64,000 nt of DNA from Octopus sinensis (Eukaryota): NCBI RefSeq assembly GCF_006345805.1, contig NC_043021.1:28148001-28212000 (forward strand), read 5' to 3'. The stretch's first letter is position 1. Every line of letters begins with the position of its first letter. A model generated the notes under the pieces. The model ran no database searches and was not told the DNA's origin. It was given only the letters and a program-made list of their open reading frames with translations. This document shows positions 13,236-24,126 of the stretch, piece by piece. Both the position numbers and the translations under genes were made by a program.

Positions 13236-13427
13236 GCTTTAAGTCTGCTGCATGTATGTATGTATGTATGTATGTATGTATGTATGTATGTATGTATGTA
13301 TGCATGTACGTATGCATGCATGTATGTATGTATGCATTCATGCATTTATGTATGCATGCATTTATGTATGCATGCAAATATGTATGCATGTATGTATGTA
13401 TGTATGTATGTATGCATGTATGTATAT

Positions 13428-13838
13428 GCGTAGGAGTGTCTGTGTGGTAAGTAGCTTGCTTTCCAACTACATGGTTCCGGGTTCAGTCCCACTGCATGGC
13501 ACCTTGGGCAAGTGTTTTCTACTATAGCCTCGGGCCGATCAAAGCCTTGTGAGTGGGTTTGGTAGACGGAAACTGAAAGAAGCCCGTCGTATATATGTAT
13601 ATATATGTGTTTGTGTATGTGTGTGTGTGTGTGTATGTTTTTGTGTCTGTGTTTGTCCCCCCAACATCGCTTGACAACCGATGCTGGTGTGTTTACGTCC
13701 CCGTAACTTAGCGGTTCGGCAAGAGAGACCAATAGAATAAGTACTTGGCTTACAAAGAATAAATCGTGGTATCGATTTGATCGACTATAGGCGGTGCTCC
13801 AGCATGACTACAGTTAAATGACCAAAAGAGTAAAAGAG
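13428..13838 (+). mobile_element. Family-B SINE, full length
   Basis: tRNA-like head (TGTGTGGTAAG; GGGTTCAGTCCC), CORE-like GCACCTTGGGCAAGTG, internal microsatellite, (TAAAAGAG)n tail. Confidence 0.9.
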
Positions 13839-13842
13839 TATA

Positions 13843-14054
13843 TATGGGGAATGTTCCCTGTATTGTATGTCCTGTACTCTATTTTTTCGTTGTTTAAGAA
13901 AAATGTCCATTTCCTTGGTTTTCTGTTTATATTTTCGTTTCTCATTGTGTTCGACGTTTTTTTGGTGTTCTGTACCCATATATGCATGTATATATACATA
14001 TAGGTGTAGGTACGTACATATGTGTATGTATATATGTTTTATTTATTAATTTGT

Positions 14055-14065
<11 letters not shown>
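13843..14065 (+). mobile_element. Fragment of the same Penelope-like repeat as 22496-22720
   Basis: Colinear similarity GGGGAAT...TTTTCGTTTCTCATTGTGTTC...TATATGCATGTATATATAC. Confidence 0.65.
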
Positions 14066-14136
<71 letters not shown>

Positions 14137-14757
14137 CGTGTGTGTGTGTGTGTGTGTAAATGAGTAACAGAAAGGTACAGGTGTCAATCCATTACGGCCA
14201 TTTCCAACGACACCTTTAATTGATTAATGAAAGCATTACATCTTTGTGAAGAAATATTCTTTCGTCGGATGAAGTCCAAATACTTCAAAATAAAGGATAT
14301 TCAGAATGATTTAACAGAGTTTCAAATCCACGAAGCAAAAACATTTGCATTAATTCTGCTACTGTTTTTCAGTTGGCAGAATGGATTTACCAGATTAGTG
14401 TATATTTAATTAGAACAGAGAAATTTTGGGGTTAGTAGAGTTTCTAGGAGGGGAAAGGATAAGGCACGGCTCCAGTGACCCAGTTATGTATACTTCTAAG
14501 AAAACAGGAAGGCACGGCTCCATTAGTCTACATTTATTTATTAAGGAGTTGTTTAATGTTCACTGGTCAGTGGTAAGAAAATTAATTGCAGTCAGGTCAA
14601 CCTACTAAATTATCATGGTCGTACGCGATGGAATTAATACTCAGGCTTTATGTCCGCAAATGGTCAAGGCAGAGGGCAGTAGTAAGGAAATGAGGGATGA
14701 CGAACGGGTGGTAAGGAAAAAGAAGAAAGAACGAAAGCTGACCCAACCGTTATTAAT

Positions 14758-14994
14758 TACCTATTTCTTTATTGCCCACAAGGGGCTAAACATAGAAGGG
14801 ACAAACAAGGACAGACAAAGGGTTTAAGTCGATTACATCTACCCCAGTATGTAACTGGTACTTAATTTATCGACCCCGAAAGGATGAAAGGCAAAGTCGA
14901 CCTCGGCGGAATTTGAACTCAGAACGTAGCGGCGGACGAACTACCGCAAAGCATTTCGGCCGGCGTGCTAACGTTTCTGCCAGCTCGCCGCCTT
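14758..14994 (-). mobile_element. Family-A SINE monomer with X tail only
   Basis: Intact head AGGCGGCGAGCTGGCAGAAACGTTAG, core, and X tail ending AATAAAGAAATAGGTA. Confidence 0.9.
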
Positions 14995-15042
14995 TTACCG
15001 TCTTAAGTAAAGGAAGAGTTTGAAAGATAATGGAATAAGGTT

Positions 15043-15569
15043 TATGTGAGCAAGCCCTAAATTAAGAGTAGGAATCATTGCTTGGGAATAAAAGGGACTC
15101 TTACAATTTAGCATAGTGACAATATAATAGCAATAAGATGAATGAGAAATTGAATATGGGTAAAAGAATTAGATTGTACTTAAAATTGTAAGAAAAAGAG
15201 ATGCATTCAGATATAAGAAATGGTTTACCTTAGATTTAATACCGAATTTTCAACATGTCTTACCGTTCGCCTCCCATATTTGAGGTATATTTAACTTTTT
15301 ACTTTTGGCATCCTTTTTATAAGTTTTATATCTCTTCATTTTTACCCTAATATCATTTATATACTCAACATTTCTTTAAATTTTAATTCTTTTATTATTC
15401 TTATATCTTAATGCATCTCTCTTCTTTTTTTTACAATTTTAAGTACAATCTAATTCTTTTACCCATATTTAACCTCTAATTTCCCTTATTGCTATTATAT
15501 TGTCACAATGCTAAATTGTAGGAGACACAAGCAATGATCCCTACTCCTAATTTATGGCTTGCACACATA
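15043..15569. mobile_element. Fold-back / MITE-like element with about 175-bp inverted arms
   Basis: About 15043-15219 is the reverse complement of about 15398-15569, roughly 85% identical by eye with indels; ends TA|TGTG...CACA|TA. Confidence 0.75.
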
Positions 15570-16819
15570 CGCCACACTTGGAACTAACATTGTGTCGGAT
15601 CAACGATTTATTTTGGAGTTGGTACCTATGTGTATATGGTTATGTGCATGTATATGCATATATGAGTGTGTATGTGTTTTTGTATGTGTATGTGAGTGTG
15701 CCTCTGTGTTTATGCTTGTATAATGAGTGCGTTTATATACATACACAATAATGCTGACAGCTAAATGTTATTTACCTTAGTCCGCGCTCAATACTAAGTA
15801 CCTAGGGTTAGGGTTAGGTGTCTTACTTCTTGATATGCCTATATTCTAATGACACCAGTAACTAATACACTATATCTCCACACACACGGACGAAATGCCG
15901 CTAATAATTTCGTGCGATGTAATGACGATTTTGCCTGTAATAGAATAGCGCAACTGAGGCTTGCATGCGGATTACTGTGGAAAATATAATAACCAATCAA
16001 AACACTGTAAGTGTCCAACGAATCTCTTCATTGTGGCATTTCTAAACATACAGTAAAACTTACACACACGCACAGACACACACACACACAGACGCGCGCG
16101 AACACACACATACATATATTTGCATACGTTTGTAAGCACGTATTCATAAGGACACATAGAGACGTAGAGAGGCACTCACATACCACAAACTGCAGCCTCT
16201 TGAATCGTTAGAAGCGGTAGCGTGTCTGCTTCCTTAATGGATGACTGTTGTAATCTCACACAAGTCTTGTTGCGTTTCAATCCAATCAAGACCGTCTGTG
16301 TAATATCTGCGTAACACTAACTCCAAAATTTAAAAAAAAAGGAGAAAAATTCTCTCTCCTTATGATATACAAGTAGTTATATTTATAGGCAAGGTCTTTT
16401 CATTTATTTTCCCATTGAATTCAATGGATATGTCCATTCCTATTCCCTTCGGTGGTATGACTATCATAAAAAGATAATTAAACAAGTGTTTTTGGAGATA
16501 AAACTGAATTTCCAATCGTGTTCTGCTCATACGTTTATACATACAGAGATTTGGTCACGATATATTATGGACTGATTTGGAGCAAGTTTACAAAGCTCTG
16601 TAATTAATACTTGATTGGTTCGTGTTGTGGGGATTATACGGGTCAATTTCATACTAGGAAATTAGGTTGTTGACCTGTCGCACTCTCATGCAATTTGCTA
16701 GTTTTGTAGAATTCCTATCGCATTGCAGTATGATACCTTTTTGTAAATTAACGGTAACCAAAATTAGTAGATCAGATTTTCGTAGAGAAACTGCTTGTGC
16801 CTGAGTAGTCAATCGCTGT

Positions 16820-17245
16820 TTGGTCTATCTTTTCTTTTACCGCTTTCAATCATTGGACTGCAGCCATGCTGCGCTAGTGTTTCGAAGGGTTTTTAGTCGA
16901 ACAAATCGACCTTAGAACTTATGTTTTAAAGCTTAATACTTATTCTATTGGTCTGTTCTGCTGGAACTTTAAGTTAAGAAGTAGACAAACCAGCACTGAT
17001 TATCAATCAGGGGTGAGGAACAAACACACACATAAATATACCAGTACACATAGATACGTGCATGTGTGTGTGTGTGTGTGTGTGTGTGTCTATACCCTTC
17101 GTGTATATATATGTAAATATATCTATATATACATATATATATAGGGCGGGTTACCTTTAGTTTCCGTGAACCAAATCCACTCAGCTCACGAGGTTTATTT
17201 GGCTCGGAGCTGTAGTAGAAGACGCTTGTCCAAAGTGCCACTCAG
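16820..17245 (-). mobile_element. Decayed family-B SINE
   Basis: TCAATCATTGGACTGCAGCCATGCTG... through CAAATCCACTCA...GACGCTTGTCCAAAGTGCCA. Confidence 0.75.
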
Positions 17246-17289
17246 TGAGAATGTCTCTGGAAATATCCTGTTGGGAGGCAACGAGTGCT

Positions 17290-17445
17290 GAGACCCCCTT
17301 CGGTCACGACCGACCATGGGACTGCACCCAGAAAGTTATCCTCCCAGGCACAATTCCGAGCAAGGTTGTTCATGGAAGACCAGCAGTCGCCCATGCATAC
17401 CGGCCTCTCCTCTCCGCGCCACCAGTGTTATCCAAGGGAAAGGCG
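17290..17445 (-). mobile_element. 3' part of a further SINE-like repeat
   Basis: GC-rich block ...GGAAGACCAGCAGTCGCCCATGCATAC...CCAAGGGAAAGGC recognised from memory as an Octopus repeat; no second copy in the window. Confidence 0.45.
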
Positions 17446-17479
17446 TAAAGGTTTCGGTACTATCTTCTTGTTCCATGGC

Positions 17480-17630
17480 TTAGTACAGAAAGGAAAAAAC
17501 GGCGAAACAACGCATGTACAGGGGCTACGAAAATGGTGGCAGAAAAATGGATTTCCTGAGTTTGATGGAAGCTGCAGGTGAAACTTTCGAATTAGTCACA
17601 AATGGAATCCACATTTCGAATGTTTGAAGT
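17480..17630 (+). pseudogene. Possible L1/Tx1-like ORF2 fragment
   Basis: AKQRMYRGYENGGRKMDFLSLMEA resembles the post-RT motif LY.P...GG.G..D; short, single frame. Confidence 0.3.
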
Positions 17631-17914
17631 AAAGTACTTTCCGCTGAACATTCCTGAAATGATGATGTTAAGGAAACCGAGTGATTGGTGAAGTTTAATC
17701 CTTACAGAACACGGACAGTAATCTAGCGAAAGGGATCACGCAGGCAATTTTTGTGGGGAATTTTGTGAGAGAAAAACTAATTTCTCATTATGAACACTAG
17801 GATTGACTTTAAGCCTGTCTCAAATCGGTTATGATTACATTCATAAACCTCTCCCATGGGCATGAAATATATCTAGAAAATAAATATTCTACTGTTGTCC
17901 TGATGTTTGTGAAG

Positions 17915-18360
17915 GCTCACGGCATACTAGTTAAGGTATTACGCTCATGATCACAAAATCGTAGTCTGGATTCCTTGACCAGGCGGTGAACTTTTTTCTC
18001 AACTATAACACTTCGTTTCAACTTCCAGTCAGCTGTAAATGAGGAACTCTGCAATGGACAGGCGTTCCGTCCGGCCGATGCTGTTGTGATCACGTAATGG
18101 AAACCGGAAAACCGGCCCTACATAACATTAACACGACGTTTACTCTATTTATCTTTTACTTGTCTCGGTCATTAGATTGCGGCCATGTTGGGGCAACACC
18201 ATTATTTTTTTCGTCGAATAAATCGACCCCAATATCAATTTTTTTAGCGTGATACTTATTCTATTGGTCTATTTTACCGAACTGCTATGTTACGGGATGC
18301 TAACATATTAACACCGGTTGGAAAGCAATGTGTGTCTGGGAAACAGATAGAAACGCACAC
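17915..18360. mobile_element. Decayed family-C SINE (plus, about 17915-18125) followed by a family-B 3' half (minus, about 18140-18360)
   Basis: GGAAACCGGAAAACCGGCCC tail of family C; TTGACTGCGGCCATGTTGGGGCA-like end of family B. Confidence 0.65.
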
Positions 18361-18707
18361 ACATGCATACATACATGTATATATATATATATATAATATA
18401 TATATATATATATCTAATAATAATAAAAGGCTAAATTAATTAATTAATTAATTAATTAATTATTAAGTAATAATTTTACCAAGTAGTTCAGTACGTTAAA
18501 ATAACCCTTTATGGTAACATTATACAAATATTCTATAATTATCAACATAATTATAATCAGGGGTCAGCTAATTACTTCACCACGCACCGAATTTAGAAAC
18601 AGCAGTTAGAATACTTTTTCCACCACCATAAATATCTCCCAGACCGTAACACACTTTTTTTACGCAGGCAAAGAGAAAAAAATAACGAATCCACACGACT
18701 TAGATTA

Positions 18708-18775
18708 GCCACATACGCGTCTCGGGATTAAAGTAAAGTTTTATTTACTTACTGATGTCACCTCATCAGTGTAGC
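18708..18775 (-). ncRNA. Decayed type I hammerhead motif
   Basis: GCTACA CTGATGA GG..39-nt stem II region..CC GAGA CGCG TA TGTGGC: 6-bp stem I, palindromic ACGCGT stem III, GAAA->GAGA. Confidence 0.55.
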
Positions 18776-19418
18776 ATTTCAAATATAAATTTGAGGGGAT
18801 TAGAATTAAATATGTACCCGTCATCTCATAACTGATATTTCACCAGCTCTTCCCAAAATATACAACAAATATAAAATGTACGTCTACCAAATCCATTCAC
18901 AAGGCTATAGTAGAAAATACTTCAAGATGGTGTCACGCAACTGGCCTGAACTCAGAACAATGTTGTTAGAAAGCAACCTTAATACTACACAGCCACAACT
19001 GCGGCTTTGTATAATTAGCATTCAACGTTCTGTTGTTGGTCACTGAGTACACATATTATATATTATGATGGTTTTATAGCAAACACAAGTATCTATAAAA
19101 GAAGAGAAATTATAAGTTAAACAGTGGACAATTTCTTATTCTCTCAAGTTTGTATTTAGTAAATCTGTATTTAAATACCATCAAGATTAAATCATGATTC
19201 CTCTACTTTCATGGGTTAATGAAATAAGTGTCATGCCTATACTACCGTGCTAGATTCGATCAATAATCTCAAGTCACAGAACGTAAGAGACATCTAAGAC
19301 AACCGATCAATCGTCGCACTGACAATTTTTTGCAGGCAACAGATCAATAAAATAAATAAGGAAAATTCTTTCATTGAAACAAGTTATGGAAAATTACATG
19401 TAATTCCCAATGTGTGAG

Positions 19419-19461
<43 letters not shown>

Positions 19462-19629
19462 ATATATATATATATATATAAATACACACACACACTGTAT
19501 TTACTTATGTATATATACGAAGGAGAGTCAAAAATTATACGCACTCTACTTTTTCAATGTATCCTCCCTTTTCAATTATATAAACACACACAAACACAAC
19601 CACATACATACATACATACATATATATGT

Positions 19630-19705
<76 letters not shown>

Positions 19706-19754
19706 ATATATATATTATATATATATGTGTTGTGTATAGATATATATATATATA

Positions 19755-19786
<32 letters not shown>

Positions 19787-19854
19787 ATATATATGTGTGT
19801 GTGGTGTGTATATATATATATTATATATATAATATATATATATATATATATGTG

Positions 19855-19890
<36 letters not shown>

Positions 19891-19892
19891 TA

Positions 19893-19946
<54 letters not shown>

Positions 19947-19947
19947 A

Positions 19948-20109
19948 ACTCACCGGTAAAATTTCCACTTATTTCTTATTTCTATTTTCTAAAATTTTCG
20001 TTGCGTCTTGCAACCTTTTCAATAGTCTTAGCTATTGAAAAGTTTGCAAGACGCAACGAAAATTTTAGAAAATAAAAATAAAAAATAAGTGGAAATTTAA
20101 CCGGTGAGT
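19948..20109. repeat. Near-perfect hairpin: 78-bp arms, 6-nt loop
   Basis: 19948-20025 pairs with 20032-20109 with 4 mismatches. Confidence 0.95.
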
Positions 20110-20232
20110 GTGTTGAATAATAAGGCACTAAAAGAGAATGACTCTCCCCAGACACAACACAATATGCTTCAACACACGAACTCATATAAAGAATCTTGCA
20201 AACAAATCCAAAAACGAAATATATATATATAT

Positions 20233-20856
20233 ATTTATATATAGAGGGCATTATACATACATGCCACACGCTAAGAGGGACAATTAGTCATTTCTACCAA
20301 AAATATTATTAATCCCACTGAATGCAATTTTTCAAAGTAAGACATTTAAAAAATATAGACCTGTATCACAGTGATTTCATACTTACGTATTCATCAGCAG
20401 GCCTGAATGTATCCTAAATAAACGATCCTGTCCCGCTTAAGCCGATCAGCTAACTGATCAACATCAACGAAGCACATGGGTGAGTTTACATATATTACAT
20501 CCTGTAAATGGCATACTTTTACGAATTGCATTTCGGGAAAGGAAAAGTTTTTTCGGAATAAAAATTTAGCAATTAAGGACAACTACTTAATAAGGAAAAC
20601 TTAACAAGAAATTGTCAGGTAGATAGCGTGAAAACCTCATAAGAGAAAAAATTTCGAAAATAATTATTTCTTATTGAACATATTAATTTATATATATATA
20701 AATTAATGGCATGTATGTATAATGCCCTCTATATATAAATTAATATGTTCAATAAGAAATAATTATTTTCGAAATTTTTTCTCTTATGAGGTTTTCACGC
20801 TATCTACCTGACAATTTCTTGTTAAGTTTTCCTTATTAAGTAGTTGTCCTTAATTG

Positions 20857-20859
<3 letters not shown>
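20233..20859 (-). mobile_element. Retrozyme-like / non-autonomous Penelope-type 453-bp unit plus an inverted copy of its junction
   Basis: 20567-20696 and 20730-20859 are exact 130-bp inverted arms; 20707-20729 is the reverse complement of 20244-20266; the unit contains the intact HHR. Confidence 0.7.
20357..20404 (-). ncRNA. Intact type I hammerhead ribozyme
   Basis: AGGCCTG CTGATGA ATAC-GTAA-GTAT GAAA TCA-CTG-TGA TA CAGGTCT: all core nucleotides present, 7-bp stem I (one G-U), 4-bp stem II with GNRA loop, AUA cleavage triplet. Confidence 0.85.
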
Positions 20860-20892
<33 letters not shown>

Positions 20893-20900
20893 AAAATTAT

Positions 20901-20968
20901 AAATGCGCCCTTTTTTAAAGCCTAGCCAGGCTCATGGGTCCGGTTTCCCGGTTTCTATGGCGTATTTG
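20901..20968 (-). mobile_element. 3' end of a family-C SINE
   Basis: Reverse complement of GCCATAGAAACCGGGAAACCGG...GGCTAGGCTTTAAAA..GGGCGCAT seen at 43245-43304. Confidence 0.85.
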
Positions 20969-21589
20969 TTTACTTAGAATAATATATACTCTTCTAGTTC
21001 TAATCATATGAATACTTTCTGTAAAGAAAGAGCTGGTTTCTGACAAAAATAAAAAAACAAACTCTGACGTTGGAATGTAGATAGAAGAAAAAGAAAAAAA
21101 CACCAGGTGTTGAAAGTGAAAAAAATACTTTGTAGATATTTACTGCTCCGCTTACAGAATGAATTTGTAATGTGCATGTTAGCGAGTTCATTTCTTTTTC
21201 TGCAAATCCTAACTTTTCTAGATTTTCAAAAAGATATCTAGTCATAAAACACAGCACCCACTTCGAACTTGTATCTTGGTCGAACCAGTCCAAAGTTTCG
21301 AACCAGTTATTCGTACTTATCCGCTTTCTTTCATATTTTCGAAGACATATTCATATCTGCAGATGAAAGCACGAATGTATGTATGTATGTATGTATGTAT
21401 GTATGTATGTATGTATGTATGTATGTATGTATGTACGTACGTACGTACGTATGTATGTATGTATGTATGTATGTATGTATGTATGTATGTATGTATGTAT
21501 GTATGTGTGTGTGTGTGTGTATGTATGTATATTTGTATGCATGTATGTGTATTGTGTATTCTATAGAGATATTCACTGAGAATCGGTTA

Positions 21590-21812
21590 CGGATTTTCAA
21601 TTCTGGTGTAACTATATATATCACCTTGGTCACTTTGACCGACCAGTCCGTCGGGTGTCTCAATCGCCCTCTTAAAATCGTAACTCTACCGTCGTGGAGG
21701 CATTCCGAGTGGTCGTTTCCGCTCGCGCGGGTACCACTCGACAACTGCGCGGGGCCACCGATTATCGGAGAGCCGGGCGACGTGTCCAGCCCATCTAAAC
21801 TTGCTGCGTGTA
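21590..21812 (-). mobile_element. RTE-clade LINE ORF2 3' fragment
   Basis: RSKFRWAGHVARLSDNRWPRAVVEWYPRERKRPLGMPPRR. Confidence 0.85.
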
Positions 21813-21816
21813 TATT

Positions 21817-22753
21817 CTAAAAACATAGAAAACGAACTTTGTTTCGAACGACGACAAAAACAGAAACGAGGCATTCAACATAAAGAATATTTTTATGTCC
21901 TGTCCCCATATATGCATATATATATACATATATATGTAGTTATGTACATAAATGTATGTATATATGCATATATTTATATATTCTTTATATCATTATATGA
22001 TCGAACGCCACGCATCCTTTTCCAAGTAAGTTTTATCTTAAGAATTATGATGCGCACTCTTCTATCTCTGCTACCTCTTCTCTGTCTATCTCTCTTCCTC
22101 TTTTGTTCTTCATCCTTTCTGGGTTTTCTCTCCCACCCTTCCCCTATTCTTCTCCTCCTCACCGTTACCTCTCTCCCACTCTTCCCTCTTGACTCTTTCG
22201 TCGCTAACACGTGACGAAAGGGAATCTATTTTTCTGTCCATTTCCTTCCTAAAGACAAGATGTGCTTATACCTGTCTTTTCTCATAGCTCGTCCTCCTAG
22301 CGTTCATTATAATTTTTCTATCGTTTTGGCTTAACAGCCTTCACCATTGTTTTTACTCTCTTGTTCTCCACTTTTACCCTCCGCAAAAATCTCAAATTTT
22401 ATTTAATTCGTTTTGCAGGAAGGATTGTTTCAACGAAGTCGTGTATTGTCCTTACCCTCTAACGCGGAGTGGATGAAACAGGGACAACTGATGAAGGGGA
22501 ATATTCTTTATGTTGCAAGTCTTGTTTCTCTGTTTGTTGTTTTCGTTGTTCGAAAAAAGTTCGTTTTCTATGTTTTTGTTTTTATGTTTTCGTTTCTCAT
22601 TGTGTTCACCGTTTTTTTATGCCTTGTACCCTTATATGCATGTATATATACACATATATATATAGGTATGTACATATATGTATGTATATATGCATATATC
22701 TATATATTATTTATATTATTATATGATCGAACGCCACGCATCCTTTTCCAAGT
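21817..22753 (+). mobile_element. Penelope-type architecture: about 726-bp unit with partial tandem repeat and inverted 5' piece
   Basis: 21893-22027 is repeated at 22614-22753; 21817-21892 is an inverted copy of about 22500-22586; CTGATGA at 22488. Confidence 0.6.
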
Positions 22754-23125
22754 GTGTATATATATATGTGTGTATGTGTGTGTGTGTGTATTAGCAATAA
22801 TTATAATGATATAGAGTACGGAGACCTGCTCATTCTCAAAATTTATTTTCTCTTTTACAATTTTATACACCCTGTTCCTATGCTCATTCTTTCCTACACG
22901 CGTTTCCACTGCACAGATTATAAGATAAGAGAAATGAATGCTACATATCCTTATTATTATTGCAAATATACACCCCAAACAATGTTACCGTCCAGTGAAA
23001 CGAACACAGAATTTCCCATCGAAAGGATGCCTAGAGTGACTGACACCTAATACTTGTCACAGTCGTAACCTTGGACTTGGCTGAGAGCCACCACGGTATC
23101 CACCCAGGCAATGTATCCCTCCAAA

Positions 23126-23188
<63 letters not shown>

Positions 23189-23239
23189 AAACACACACAA
23201 ACACACAAAAACATACACACATATATATATACACACATA

Positions 23240-24126
23240 TACTGGTTCATTCCGTAAATAATGTAGTTATTTTTATACTTTTATTTTTCAAAAGTAAGAT
23301 AAAGTTATTTTTTAATCTAAAATATACTCTCCTTCATTTTCTACAATGCTCTTCAATCTCTCTGGTAGACTTGAAAGGCCTCTCCTCCAAAATTTACTTG
23401 TCCCAGACAAAAAAATACTCCTCCAATACTGTTCTGACATTGTCTACAGAATTCATATTCTTTCCGTCCAAATGCTCTTGAAGACTGCAGAATAAATGAT
23501 AATCAGATGGGGCAATGTCCGATGAATATGGTGGGTGGAGCATTGCTCCCCGTCCGCCAGCCTTTGGTTGTCATCCTCGCTGAATGTGGTCGAGCACTAT
23601 CCTCATAGAACACCTTTCGTCTTGAAATCAAAGATGGTCGATTTTCTTCTAGCGTTTGTGTCGATGAATGGTTGAATGACCAAATCCAAGCTACTCTGCT
23701 AGTTTCTCAAAAGTTACGATGGAATTTTGTTCCACCAGGGTGTGACGGACGTCCTCATTGAGTTCTATAGAGGTTCGCCTTCTAGGCTATAGTTTCCGGC
23801 TCGGAATTTCGGAACCACCGTTGACACTGGCTTACGCTTATTGTCCAATCCCCATACACTGCATTGATATTCCTCGCACTTTCCGTTGCCTTGTTGTCTT
23901 TATTGAACTCATAATGCAAAATATGCTGAATATGCTCCTTTGTCACTTCCATTATAGCTTTGAAAATAATAACTGTCAAAATCGAACTGCACTCTTCAAA
24001 CATTGGACTAAGAATAAGTACAAGGTAAAATTACTACCGACTTTTGTAGCAAGTTGATGCAAGTAGTTTATTCTGTCTCCAGTTCATGCAACTAAAAAAC
24101 CGCATGATTTATGGGATGACCCAATA
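23240..24126 (-). mobile_element. Internally deleted mariner (DD34D) element with both TIRs
   Basis: MEVTKEHIQHILHYEFNK...SQCQRWF HTH joined to DSARPH...HPPYSSDIAPSDYHLF; TIRs TACTGGTTCATTCCGTAAAT and TATTGGGTCATCCCATAAAT; TA flanks. Confidence 0.9.

Noticed and set aside
15803-15818. TTAGGG-like repeat
   Set aside because: Under three units; not an interstitial telomere array
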